DNA of 64,000 nt from an uncultured Chloroflexia bacterium (GTDB lineage Bacteria; Chloroflexota; Limnocylindria; Limnocylindrales; CSP1-4), in NCBI GenBank assembly GCA_963696045.1, contig CAVOIR010000001.1:139199-203198 (forward strand), written 5' to 3'. Both the position numbers and the translations under genes were made by a program. Below are positions 31,661 to 48,775 of this stretch, piece by piece; positions within the stretch are counted from its first letter, which is position 1, and each line of letters begins with the position of its first letter. The notes beneath the pieces were generated by a model. It saw only the letters and a list, made by a program, of their open reading frames with translations, did not search any database and was not told where the DNA came from.

Positions 31661-32510
31661 ATGTCGCCACCTTCACCCGATCGCGAGCCTGCTCCGGCCG
31701 CAGTGGCACTGGCCGGCCACGTCGCAATCGCCATCGGAGGCGCCGTGCAGAGAGGAGCGCCGCCGCCGCCGCTGGTCGGTCAGAGCCTGGCGGCGCGTGC
31801 TCGCGTCTGCGCCGCCACGGTCACCAACGTGGAGGCTGGACGCCGCGCCTCGCTGGATGTCTATGCGCGCCTCGCGGTGGCGCTCGGGCTCTCGTTCGAC
31901 GTCAGGCTCGAGAGCGGACAGCGACGTGCCACCCGCGAGGCGAGCGACATGGTGCACGCGGCGATGGGCGAAGCTGGAGGCGAGGCTGCTGCGCGCCCAC
32001 GACTACGAGGTCGCCATCGACCATCCCTACCAGCACTACCAGTTCGCGGGTCGCGCCGACGTGCTGGCCTGGACGCGGACGCCGGCTGCGCTCCTCCACA
32101 TCGAGAACCGCACCCGTTTCCCCGACCTCCAGGCAGGTGGCGGGCAGCTACAACGCCAAGCGCCAGTACCTCGCTGGCAGCGTGGCTCGCCAGCTCGGCA
32201 TCCCGCGCTTCGAGTCGGAGACGCACGTGATGGTGGGTCTCTGGTCGGCCGAGGTCATCCACAGCATCCGCCTCCGCAGCGCTACGTTCAGCGTCCTCTG
32301 TCCCGGACTCCGACGACCGGCTGCGGGCCTGGCTGTCGGGTGCTCCGCCGAGGACCGGCGCGAGCTCGTCCCTCGTGCTCCTGGACCCGTTCGCCAAGCG
32401 GCCCGGCCAGGGCATCGTCGGGCTGGATGGCGTGCTCGCCGGGTGCCCGGCCTCGGCTGCGCGACTACCGGGATGCCGCCGAACGACTGGGCTCGCCGCG
32501 ACGAGCCTGA
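31661..32510 (+). CDS. XRE-family HTH protein fused to an uncharacterised, possibly PD-(D/E)XK-like, domain (frame changes)
   Basis: The HTH reads LVGQSLAARARVCAATVTNVEAGRRASLDVYARLAVALG. Downstream pieces read YEVAIDHPYQHYQFAGRADVLAWTRTPAALLHIENRT and AKRQYLAGSVARQLGIP. Confidence 0.45.
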
Positions 32511-32765
32511 CGGAGTGGCCCGTCGTCCAGGCGAGCCGGGCGCGCCTCGCGGCGGCTTCGCGCCTCGCGGCGGCTTCGGCCTGGGTGCCTAGCCTGGAGC
32601 ACGGCCACCGGGCTTCGGTAGACTCGGGCGCAGCGACCGCACGCCGGGGCGACCACGGCGGTCGCCGAGCGACCGCAGCGGAGGGGACCGGATCGACGGT
32701 GCCAGGCGACAGCAGCGCAGCGCGGCAAGACCGTCCACGGCGAGCAGGCCAACGCCGGCCATCGC

Positions 32766-34445
<1,680 letters not shown>

Positions 34446-34446
<1 letters not shown>

Positions 34447-34983
34447 GCGCCGGCCGCCGGGCCCGCGCGATCGGCGGCCGCCGTGGCGCTCACGAGCCCG
34501 CCCGGATGCCCTCGCCCGGCCCCTCCTTCGCCCGGGCCGAGCCGCTGCGGCTGCGCGCGCCCGCCGGCGAGCCCGGGCCGCGCGTCCGCCTGGGGATGCT
34601 CAAGCCGTCGGTCATGGACGACGGCTGGTGGCTGACGACGCTGTGGGTCGAGGACGACGAGGGCGTCGTCGAGGCGCGGCGCCGTGGCGCCGCTCGCCGG
34701 GACCGCCGCCGGGGCCGCCGCTGCAGGTCATCGGCCCCACGCTCTCGAGCGCGCTCATGGGCCTGCTCGACCAGGAGGACGGCCGCCAGCTCATCCGGCT
34801 GCGCATGCCCCCGGCCGACGACGAGGCGCAGCCCTGGCGCCGGCCGCTGCTCATCCTGGTGGCGGTGCGCTGGGACCCCGTGCGCGCCAGCACGATGCGC
34901 GACGAACGCAGCTGGCCGGCGAGCTCATGCGCGCCTTCCGCAACGCCATCGACGTCGCCGGCGCCCCAGGCCGCCTCGGCTGA
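34446..34983 (+). CDS. Hypothetical protein (frame changes, boundaries uncertain)
   Basis: Plausible peptide pieces are [80 protein letters not shown] and [17 protein letters not shown]. No family was recognised. Confidence 0.3.
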
Positions 34984-35112
34984 CCACGCGGCCGACCGCG
35001 GGCTGCCTGAGGAGCACCCGGGCCGGCTCGACGGTCCGCTGCTACACTCGGCGCGCCGTGGGCGGCCTGGACGCCGCCGCATCTCCCTTCGCACCACTGA
35101 GGCCACCTGTCC

Positions 35113-35640
35113 ATGTTCGAGGACCTGTTCGCGGAAGTCGACGCCGCGCTCTCCGGTTTCGTCGAGAGCGACGTCTTCCAGGTGGGCATCCGCGTCCTCG
35201 TGGCCTACATCGTCCTCATCTGGCTGGCCAGCGCCTTCTGGGCCTACCGCGACATGCGCCTGCGCTCGGCGAGCGCCTTCACGCCCTACGTCGCGGCGGC
35301 CGCCATCATCGTCTTCACGCCCGTCTTCTTCCTCTTCGGCCTGCTGCTCTACCGCATCGTGCGACCCAAGGAGACCATCGCCGAGGTCAACGAGCGGACG
35401 CTCGCCGAGGAGGCCATGCTGGCCGAGATCGCCTCGCACGCGCACTGCGCCAACTGCTCGCGGCCCGTCCACGAGGACTGGATCATCTGCCCCACCTGCC
35501 GCAACCGGCTGCGCCGCGTCTGTCCCAACTGCGAGCACCTCATCGAGCTCGACTGGACGCTCTGCGCCTGGTGCGGCAAGGACTTCGAGCGCGCCGAGGC
35601 GCCCGGCCTGGCGGCCTACATGCCCTCCGCGCGGCCCGCG
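35113..35640 (+). CDS. Membrane-anchored double zinc-ribbon protein (may continue into the CPBP region)
   Basis: Two TM helices ([39 protein letters not shown]) are followed by CANC-x11-CPTC and CPNC-x11-CAWC. Confidence 0.5.
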
Positions 35641-36019
35641 CCGCGCCCGCAGCCGCCGGCCCCGGTGCGCTCCCGCCGCCCGGCCGCCGGCCACCGCGCC
35701 CGGTCGCGCCACCGCCGGCGCCAGCGCCGGCCCGCCGAGCCCGACCGGCGCCCAGGTCGCCCTCGCCGCGCAGCGCCGGCGCCGGCATCCGCGCAGCTCG
35801 GGCGACCGCGGGCGGCCTCGACGGCAGCGGCTCAGCCCGCCAGCGTCCGGCGCCAGCCGCGCAGCCGTCGTCTGGCGCTCGCCGACCGACGCCCTGACCG
35901 GCCCGCGCCCGGACCAGCCCGTGCTGATCGGGCACGGCCTCGACGCGAGCCGGGCGATCGACTCCGCCGACGGCAGGCGCAGCCCACGTGCCGGACGACG
36001 GACGACGGCTCCGGCTGGC

Positions 36020-37080
36020 AGCGCCGCTCCGGGCCCACCGGGCGGCGGCATCTTCACGCTGGAGGGCCGTCGGGCGCCGGGCCTCTACCTCGTCTCCTGG
36101 GTGCTCTCGGTCGGCGGCCTGCGTGCTGTCCTCCTCATCGGGCCGCTGGCCAGCTCCGAGGTCGGCCGCGTCGCTGCTCGTCGGCGCCGGGGCCGTCCTG
36201 CTCACCCTCGGCCTGGCCGCGGGCTGCGGCTACCAGGTCGTGCAGCGCCGCGACCGCCATCCGGACCGCTACCGGGGGCCCGCGCCGCTGCTCGTCTTCG
36301 CGCGCCTACTTCTTCGCGTTCGCGCTGCGTCGGGCTCGCCGTCGTCATCGGCGGCCTCGTCGACCCCGCGCAGCCCCTCGGCTTCCTGCTCATCGGCTCG
36401 CTCCAGGCGCTCGGCTACGCGGTCGTCGTCTGGCTCTTCGTGGTCCGCACGGGCGCCCTGTCCTGGCGCGCAGATGGGCTGGCCGACCTGGCAGGGCGCG
36501 GCCGGCGCCGGGACGTGCTCGGCGCGATCGGCGACGGCGGTCGGCGGTCATGCTGCCCACGACCTTCGTCATGCTCATCCTGGGCGGCCTCCTGGCGCTC
36601 CTCCTCGGCGTCGAGGCGCCCGACGTGCTGCCCGACGCCGGAGCAGCTCGCTCGAGGCGCTGGCCATCGCGGCTCGCCGCCGCGCTCATCATCCCCATCG
36701 GCGAGGAGCTCTTCTTCCGCGGCTTCGCCCTGACGGCCTGGCTGCGCGACCTCGGGCCGCGCTCGCGCCCTCGTCCGCAGCGCGCGTGTTCTTCGCGCTC
36801 ATCCACATCGCCAACATCACGCACCGACTCGTTCGCCGAGGGCGCCGCCCAGGCCCTGCTCCAGACGGCCGTCATCCTGCCGGTCGGTCTCGTCCTCGGC
36901 TGGCTCTTCCTGCGCCGCGGCATGAGCGGCGCCATCGCCGGGCACGTCACCTACAACTCCACGCTCCTGTTCCTGTCGCTGCGTGGCGCTCGTCCCTGCC
37001 CGAGCGACCTGGCTGACGCGACGTCCACGCTGCCGCCGCGCCGCAAGCGCACGGGCAATGCCGGCGCGAAGGTCGCGTGA
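36020..37080 (+). CDS. CPBP-family intramembrane glutamic endopeptidase (CAAX-protease-like), frame changes
   Basis: Multiple TM pieces. Motif 1 is IIPIGEELFFRGF, motif 2 is VFFALIHI, and motif 3 is AIAGHVTYN. Confidence 0.6.
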
Positions 37081-37190
37081 AGTGCCGCTCGCTAGGCTGC
37101 GCGTCGCCTTCGGGATCGGACGGCGGGGGAATTGGCGGGCTCCGTCGTTCGGACCCGGAGGCACCAGCATGCACAGCGACGAGGAGCAGC

Positions 37191-37911
37191 ATGACGAGCG
37201 TCACCACGGCACCCAGCGCGCCGGTCGGTCCGGGAGCTGCCGGCCACCGAGCGGCCCCGCGAGCGCCTCGCCGCGCGCGGGCCCGGCGGGCTCTCGGCCG
37301 CGGAGCTCATCGGCCTCCTCTGGGCCACCGGGCTCGCGGCAGGCCTCGGCGGCGGCGCATCGCGGAGGAGGCGCTCGTCCGCTGCGACGGGCTGGCGGGA
37401 CTGGCGGCCGCCTCGCCCCAGGAGCTGGAGCGCGTCCCGGGCGTCGGCCCGGCCCGGGCGGCGCAGCTCACGGCGGCCTTCGAGCTGGGGCGTCGCGCGG
37501 TCGTCGACTGGCCGGCCGGCCGCTGGTCCATCCGCGGGCCCCGCGGACCTGGCGGAGCGGCTCATCGCCGAGCTCGGCCACCTCGAGCGCGAGGAGCTGC
37601 GGGTCGTGCTGCTCGACACGCGCAACGGCGTCCTGGCCATGCCCACCGTCTACGTGGGCAACGTGTCGGTCGCGCTGGTGCGCATCGGCGAGCTCTTCCG
37701 GGACGCCGTGCGCCTCCACGCGGCGCGCCTCATCCTCGTCCACAACCACCCCTCCGGCGACCCCACGCCCAGCCCGGACGACCTGCACATGACGGCGGAG
37801 GCCGTGGCCGCCGGCCGGCTGCTGGACATCGCCGTGCTCGACCATCTCGTCATCGGCCACGGCTCGTTCATCAGCCTGCGCGACCGGGGCGTCGCCTTCG
37901 AGCGGACCTGA
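37191..37911 (+). CDS. radC: RadC-like JAB/JAMM-domain protein (frame changes in the N-terminal part)
   Basis: ELPATERPRERL, LSAAELIGLL, HhH-like PGVGPARAAQL, LILVHNHPSGDPTPSPDD. Confidence 0.8.
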
Positions 37912-38132
37912 GCCGGGCCTGAGCCGCTGGGCCCGACGACGGCCGGCTCGACGGCAGGCCCCGCGTATACTGCGCGGCACAGCGATCGGCCGTCGTGGAG
38001 GGCGGCCGAGCAGGGTCGCCGTGGCCCGCTCCGGGGCACCGGGCCGTCCTTGCCTGAGGGCGCCGCCGGGCCGCCGGTGCCGCATCGCTCGTGGCCGCCG
38101 CCTGGCCACCCAGGGAGGACGCCCGTCGCACG

Positions 38133-42235
<4,103 letters not shown>

Positions 42236-42282
42236 GGCCATCTGCCGATGAGCGCAGCCCGCCGCCAGCCGCCGCTTCGCCG

Positions 42283-43012
42283 ATGACCTGGGTCGTGCTG
42301 CCCACCTACAACGAGGCCCAGAACCTGCGCCGGCATCAGCGAGCGCCATCCTCGACGCGCTGCCCGGCGCGCACCTGCTCGTCGTCGACGACGCCTCGCC
42401 CGACGGCACCGGGACGCTGGCCGACGGCCTGGCCGCCGCGGACCCGCGCGTCGAGGTCCTCCATCGCGCCGGCAAGGAGGGCCTCGGCCGGGCCTACGTC
42501 GACGGCTTCGCCGACGTGCTCGCGCGCGGCGCCGGGCGCGTCGTCCAGATGGACGCCGACTGGTCGCATTCGCCCGACGACCTGCCGGCGCTCATGGCCG
42601 CCCTCGACGGCGGCGCCGACCTCGTCATCGGCTCGCGCTACGCGCGCGGTGGCGGCGTGCGCGACTGGGGCCTCGCTGCGGCGCATCGTGTCGCGCGGCG
42701 GCTCGATGTTCGCGCGGGTCGTGCTGGGCCTGTCGCCCCACGACCTGACGGGCGGCTTCAAGGCCTGGCGCGCGACGACCCTCGAGGCCATCGACTGGGG
42801 CCGCGTCCACTCGGGCGGCTACGTCTTCCAGATCGAGACGACGTACCTCGCGAGCCGTGCCGGCGCGCGCGTCGTGGAGGTGCCCATCGTCTTCAAGGAC
42901 CGCGAGGTGGGCACGCAGCAAGATGTCCAAGTCGATCATCCTCGAGGCGCTCGTGGTGGTCCTGCAGCTGCGCTGGGACGAGCTGCGCGGACGCGGTCCG
43001 CGGCGCGCCTGA
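42283..43012 (+). CDS. Polyprenol-phosphate mannosyltransferase-like GT2 (Ppm1/DPM1 family), frame changes
   Basis: VVLPTYNEAQN, LLVVDDASPDGT, GKEGLGRAY, QMDADWSHSPDDL, IGSRYARGGG, GGFKAW. Confidence 0.8.
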
Positions 43013-43175
43013 GCGCCGTCCTGCCGAAGTCCGCGGTCCGGGTTAGGCTGGGCGTCCCCAGCGCGTCGCACCGCGGCCGTGGACGCGCGACCGAGGAGAC
43101 TGCGAGACCGTGAGCATCCGAGCGGCCGACCCACGAGGCGGCTAGCCGCGACCCGCGCCTCGCACTGTCACGATC

Positions 43176-44483
43176 GTGGCCGCCAACCCCTTCGAGTTCG
43201 ATTCGCGCTTCCTGCGCTCCGCGACCTCGCTGGCGGCGGACGGCCACCGGCTGCGCATCCTCGGCTGGTCGGCGCCGGGCCTGCCCGCCGAGGAGGAGCT
43301 GGCGCCCGGGGTGCGGCTCACGCGCCTGGACATCGACCGGCGCATCAGCTCGGCGCTGCGTCCCCTGCCGCGGACGCGTCCGCGGCTGGCTCAGCCGGCT
43401 CGTCGGGCTCGACCCCGAGGCCCGGGTCCTGCCGCCGGACGCGCCACGCGGCCTCGACCGCCTCCGTCACCCCCTGCGGCGCACGCTCGAGGTCATCGCC
43501 AATGCGCGCCGCGCCGGTCCCTGGGCGGACGTCGTCGTGGCCACCGCGCCCGGAGACCGACGTCTTCCACGCCCAGTCGCTCATCGTCCTGCCCGTCGTG
43601 CGCACGCGCCGCCCGCCGCCTCGGCGGACGCTTCGTCTACGACGTGGCCGACTACCACACCGAGGCCGCCCGCCTGGCACGCATGCCCTGGCTCGTCCGC
43701 GAGGTCGTGCGCCGTCGGGAGCGCGACTGGGCCCGCGATGCCTCGGCCTTCCTGGCCGTCAGCGACCCGGTGGCCGACCTGCTCGTGCGGCGCTGGGGCG
43801 TCCCGCGGCCGACCGTGCTCTGGAACTGCCCGCCGGCCTGGCGTCCCGGACGAGCCGGGGCCCATCGCCTCGGACCGCATCCGCGCCGCGACCGGCATCG
43901 AGCCCGAGCGGCCCATCGTCCTCTACCAGGGCGGCTTCTCCGTCGACCGCGGCGTGGAGGAGCTCGTGGCGGCGGCCACCTCGCCGCGCCTCATGGAGCT
44001 CGGTGCGGCCATCGTGTTCATGGGCTACGGCCGGCTGGAGACGCATCATCGCCGAGGCCGTGGCGGCGCACCCGGGACGCATCTACCTGCTGCCCGCCGT
44101 GCGCCCGGACGACCTGCATGCCCTGGACGGCGAGCGCGGACGTCAGCTTCGTGGGACAGCCGCCGCGCACCCTGAACCAGCGCATGAACCTCCCCAACAA
44201 GCTCTTCGAGTCGCTGATGGCCGGCGTCCCGGTGGTCGTTAGCAAGGCTAACGAACAGTGCCGCCTGACGACGGCCGAGGGCGTCGGGCGTCTGCGCCGA
44301 CATCGACGACCCGGCGGCCATCGCGGCCGCCTGCGCGGAGCTCCTGTCGGCGCCCGTCGCCGAGCGGCGCGCCCTGCGCGCCCACTGCCGCGCCGTGGCC
44401 CTCGCGCGCTACACGTGGGAGCACACCTCGGTCGGGCCTCGTGGAGCTCTATCGGCGGCTGGCCCGGGACGGGGCGGCCGTGA
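43176..44483 (+). CDS. GT4-type (GT-B) glycosyltransferase (frame changes)
   Basis: The N-terminus reads ANPFEFDSRFLRSATSLAADGHRLRILG. The middle reads GGRFVYDVADYH. The C-terminal nucleotide-sugar motif region is NLPNKLFESLMAGVPVVVS. Confidence 0.6.
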   Translation: MAANPFEFDSRFLRSATSLAADGHRLRILGWSAPGLPAEEELAPGVRLTRLDIDRRISSALRPLPRTRPRLAQPARRARPRGPGPAAGRATRPRPPPSPPAAHARGHRQCAPRRSLGGRRRGHRARRPTSSTPSRSSSCPSCARAARRLGGRFVYDVADYHTEAARLARMPWLVREVVRRRERDWARDASAFLAVSDPVADLLVRRWGVPRPTVLWNCPPAWRPGRAGAHRLGPHPRRDRHRARAAHRPLPGRLLRRPRRGGARGGGHLAAPHGARCGHRVHGLRPAGDASSPRPWRRTRDASTCCPPCARTTCMPWTASADVSFVGQPPRTLNQRMNLPNKLFESLMAGVPVVVSKANEQCRLTTAEGVGRLRRHRRPGGHRGRLRGAPVGARRRAARPARPLPRRGPRALHVGAHLGRASWSSIGGWPGTGRP

Positions 44484-44499
44484 GGCCTCGCCCGGACGC

Positions 44500-45382
44500 T
44501 GATCCGGCGGCGGCCGTCCTGGGCGTCCGCGCTGGTCGCCATCGCGCTCGCTGCGTCCTCACGGGCGTCCTGGCCACACGCGGTCGCTGCGGGCCGTCGA
44601 GCCCGCGTGCGGCGCCAGCGACGCGCGCCGCCTCGTCTCCGAGGCGCAGCTGCGCCGGCGGCCCGTTCCGCAGCGTCGTGCTGGTGGCCGTCGGCGAGCG
44701 CGTCGTCTGCACCGGCTTCGTCGTGGCTCCGCGCAAGGTCGTGACGGCGGCCCACTGCCTGGCGCGCGACGCGTCCGGCGGTGACTTCCGCTTCCGGCGC
44801 GACCTGCCCGGCGAGCGTGCGCCTCTACCGCGCCTTCAGCCAGGCGGCCGGCGGCGAGACGTTCGGCAGCTGCGCGGTGTCGAGCGTCTGGGCGCATCCG
44901 CGGTTCATCAAGGGCGACCCGGACGACCCGGCGTTCGGCAGCCGCGCTCACGACTACGCCGTCCTCACCGTCCCCGAGGAGTGCGCCTACCCGAACAGCG
45001 CGGTCATCCGCATGTGGCCGACCGACGAGGCGGACGGACGAGCTCCCCGCCGGGACGCGCCATCTTCCTGTCCGGCTACCCGGCCGACGGGCGCTTCGAG
45101 GGCATGAACGGCCTGAACCTCTGGCGCAGCCAGGGCGAGGTGCGGCCGCCCGACGGCGACCCGCGCCTCATCGACACGACGGGCTTCGTGGCCCAGGGCA
45201 TGAGCGGCGGCCCGGTGTGGGGCTCGTTCGGCGCGGACTCCCCGTGCGGCCGCGCGCAGTGCGTCGTCGGCATCCTCACCGAGTGCGCCGTGAACGGCCA
45301 GGGCCAGTGCCGGCTCGGCGACAGCCTGCGCCGCGCCATCCGCATCACGCCCACGGTCAAGGCCGCCATCCAGCGGCGCTGA
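44500..45382 (+). CDS. Secreted trypsin-like (S1) serine peptidase (frame changes; start approximate)
   Basis: The catalytic triad contexts are VVTAAHC (His), HDYAVL (Asp) and AQGMSGGPV (Ser). A signal-like segment ASALVAIALAAS lies upstream. Confidence 0.65.
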
Positions 45383-45412
45383 GGCCGCCGGCGCCGGCCG
45401 CCGACGGCCGCC

Positions 45413-46434
45413 TCAGCGTGCGGCAGGATCTCCTCGGTCACCGCGTCCGCGAGCGCCTCGAGGTCCGGCGTCGCGGGCTGCCGCTTGACGACGACGACGT
45501 CCTCGGCGCGCTCCAGGATCCGCAGGCGACCCTCGGCCACGAGCCAGCGGTCGACGGCCCCGAGCTCGCCCGCGAACGTCGTCCAGGTGGGCACGCCGAG
45601 GACGGCCGCCTCGCGGTTCATGGTGCCGCCGGCGCTGATGACGGCGTCGGCCATCCAGACGCAGCGAGGGCCCATCCACGGGCGCGGCGGGCACGATGAC
45701 GCCCGGGCGTGCCCGCGAAGCGCGGCGCCCTGCTCGGTCGTGCGCGGCAGCAGCACGACCTGGACGCCGCCGTCGAGGAGCCGCTCGAGCACCGTCGTCG
45801 AAGACGGTGTTGTGGAGGCCCCGGTGGTAGAGGCTCATCGTGGCCGGCGGGCGCAGCACGGCGATGGGACGCTGAGCGGTCCAGGCCGAGCTCGTCGAGC
45901 CACGCTCTCGTCGGGCACGAAGTCGGCCAGGGTCGACCTGCTCCTTGAGGCCCGGCGTAGGGCCGGTAGCGGCGACGGTCGAGGCCCAGGCGCGGCCAGC
46001 GACTCGAAGGGGATGACCTCGGGCAGCATGACCTTGTCGGCCAGGCGGAAGTTGATGCGGTGCATGCCCTGCGGCGCCCTCGAAGTCGTGCAGGACCGTG
46101 CTGTGGATGCGCAGCAGGCGCGCCGCCACGGCGAGGTCGTTGGAGCCGTGGCTCACCGCCTGGCTGAAGCCGCGCCCGCGCCCGAAGCGCACGAGCGCCC
46201 CCGAGCGCCGCACGAGCCCGAGGCCCTTGCCGCGCAGGGACGCGCCGCCGTGGCGGCCGATGACGGTGTGCGGGATGCCGAAGCGCTCGAGCAGGCCGAG
46301 CGTCTGGGCGAAGTCGCGCGCCGTGACGTCCACTCGACGCCGGCCTCGTCGAGCCGCCGCAGGATGGGCCGGAAGAAGAGGACGTGCGGCGAGTTGGTGA
46401 GGTCGATCCAGACCTTCGCGGGGCCAGCCGGCAC
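45413..46434 (-). CDS. DUF354-family protein (GT-B/epimerase-like fold), frame changes
   Basis: KVWIDLTNSPHVLFFRPILRRL, FGIPHTVIGRHGG, ISAGGTMNREAAVLGVPT. Confidence 0.6.
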
Positions 46435-46499
46435 GGTCAGCTAGAGGACGTCGACGCTCACGGCTCGCCGACTCTAGCACTCGTGGCATCCTTGCCGGC

Positions 46500-47633
46500 A
46501 TGCCCGGGCTCATCCACGTCGTCGGCGCGCGGCCGAACTTCATCAAGGCCGCGCCCGTCATCGCCGCGCTCCGGGCGGCGGGCGTCGAGCAGCGCCTCGT
46601 CCACACCGGCCAGCACTACGACCGCGGCCTGTCCGACGTCTTCTTCGAGGAGCTCGGCCTGCCCGAGCCGGACCTGAACCTCGGGCGTCGGCTCCGGCAG
46701 CCACGCGGCCCAGACGGCGGCGCTGCTGTGGCGCTCGAGGCAGAGCCTTCCTGGACCTGAGCGCCGGACGGCGTCGTCGTCTACGGCGACGTCAACTCCA
46801 CGCTGGCGGCGGCGCTCGTCTGCGCCAAGCTGCTCATCCCGGTGGCGCACGTGGAGGCCGGCCTGCGCTCCTTCGACGCGACGATGCCCGAGGAGGTCAA
46901 CCGGCGCGTCACCGACCTGCTCTGCGACCCGCTCTTCGTGACGGCGCCCGAAGGGCGAGGTCAACCTCGCCGCCGAGGGCATCAGCGGCGAGCGCGTCGT
47001 CTTCGTGGGCAACCCCATGATCGACACGCTGCTGGCGCACCTCGACCGTCTCCAGCCGGGGCCGGTCATGGCGCGCCTGGGGCTGACGGCGCCGTATCGG
47101 GGTCGCGACGCTGCATCGGCCGGCCAACGTGGACACGCCGAGGCGCGCCGCGCGCGCTCGTGGAGGCGCTGCGCGCGGCCACGCGGCGCCTGCCCATCGT
47201 CCTGCCGCTCCATCCCCGCGGCCGCGCGCACGCTCGCCGCGGCCGGCCTGACGGAGGTGCCCGGCCTGCATCGTCGTCGACCCGCTCGGCTACCTCGACT
47301 TCCTCTCGCTCGTCCGCGGCGCGGCCGTCGTCATCACCGATTCGGGCGGCATCCAGGAGGAGACCACGATCCTCGACGTGCCCTGCCTGACGCTGCGCCC
47401 CAACACGGAGCGGCCCATCACGCTGACGCGCCGGCACGAACCGGCTGGTCACGCCGGAGACGCTGGCCGATGCGCTCGATGCCGCCCTGGCCGGCGCCCA
47501 GGCGCGGCCCGGCGACGGGCCACCGGGCTGGGACGGCCACGCCGGCGAGCGCATCGCCGCGGTCCTCGTGGAGCGCTGGGGACGGCTGGCCGGGACGCGT
47601 CGTCGCGACCGAGCGCACCGGCCAGCCGGGTGA
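46500..47633 (+). CDS. wecB: UDP-N-acetylglucosamine 2-epimerase, non-hydrolysing (frame changes)
   Basis: [64 protein letters not shown]. Confidence 0.85.
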
Positions 47634-48758
47634 GCAGGCCGCCGCGCCGTCCGACGCGCCCGCGGACGCGCGCCATCCTCCTGCCCTCGTACGCCTGGAA
47701 CCCGTACCAGCGCCTGCTCGCCGCTGCGCTCGACGGAACAGGGCGTCGGCGCGCGCGCGCTCGGCCAGTGGCCGCGCCGCGCCCCCATCCTGGGCGCCTG
47801 GTGGGCCAACGGCCGGCCGGACGTCGTGCACCTCCACTGGATCCACGAGTTCCTGGGCGGCAGCCGGGGCCCGCCATCCGCGCCGCACCGTGCGCTGGTT
47901 CGACTGGCAGCTGCGCATCCTCAAGGCGCGCGGCGTGCGCATCGTCTGGACGGTCCACAACCTGGAGGGCCACGAGGCGGCGGCGCCGACCGCGATGCCG
48001 AGGGGCCCAGCGCGACGCCGACGGCCGCACCGCAGCCATCATCGAGCGCGCTGACGCCATCATCCTCCACTGCGCCGCCGCCCGCGACGGGCTCATCGAT
48101 CGCTACCGGCCCAGCGACGGCCGCCCGGCGGCGGATGCACGTGCTGCCCCACGGCAACTACGTGCCGCCAGTACGCCGTCGACCTCGACCGCGACGCAGG
48201 CCCGGGCGGACCTCGACCTCGCCTCGGCCGGACCCGTCTTCGCCTTCGTGGGCTCCATCCGCGGCTACAAGGGCGTCGGCGAGCTCCTCGAGGCCTTCAG
48301 CGGCGCAGGCCGACCTCGGGCCGGACGCCCGGCTGCTCGTCTGCGGCAAGCCGCTGCCGAGCCGGCTCGGCCGCGAGCTCGAGGAGCGCGCCGCGGCCGA
48401 CCCGCGCATCAGGCTGCGCCTCGAGCGCATCCCCGAGGCGGACCTCTCGCGCGTCCTCCGCGCGGCCGATGCGGTCGTGCTGCCCTTCCGCGACATCCTC
48501 ACCTCGGGCAGCGCCATCCTGGCCCTGAGCCACGGTCGCCCGGTCATCGCCCCGGCCCTGGGCTGCCTGCCCGAGACGCTGCCGGCGGACGCCACCATCC
48601 TCTACGACCCGGCCGCACCCGGATGCCCTGGCGGCGGCCCTGCGCGATGCCGCCCGCGCCGACCTGGCCGCCATGGGGCTGCGTGCCCGGGCGTTCGCGG
48701 ACACCTCGACTGGGGACCCATCGCGGCGGCCACGGCGCGGCTCTACCGGGGCGACTGA
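47630..48758 (+). CDS. GT4-type glycosyltransferase (frame changes)
   Basis: The GTG overlaps the wecB stop (GTGA). DVVHLHWIHEF, RIVWTVHNL, FVGSIRGYKGV, LLVCGKP, SGSAILALSHGRPVIAP. Confidence 0.65.
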
Positions 48759-48775
48759 GCCGCGCCCGAGGGCGC

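Noticed and set aside
37955-37975. TATACT boxes at 37965-37970 (upstream of mreB) and 28624-28629 (upstream of guaB3) as promoters
   Set aside because: The hexamer alone is weak evidence. No acceptable -35 element lies at 16-18 nt, and both sit more than 100 nt from the start codon. They are plausible but not supportable as features.
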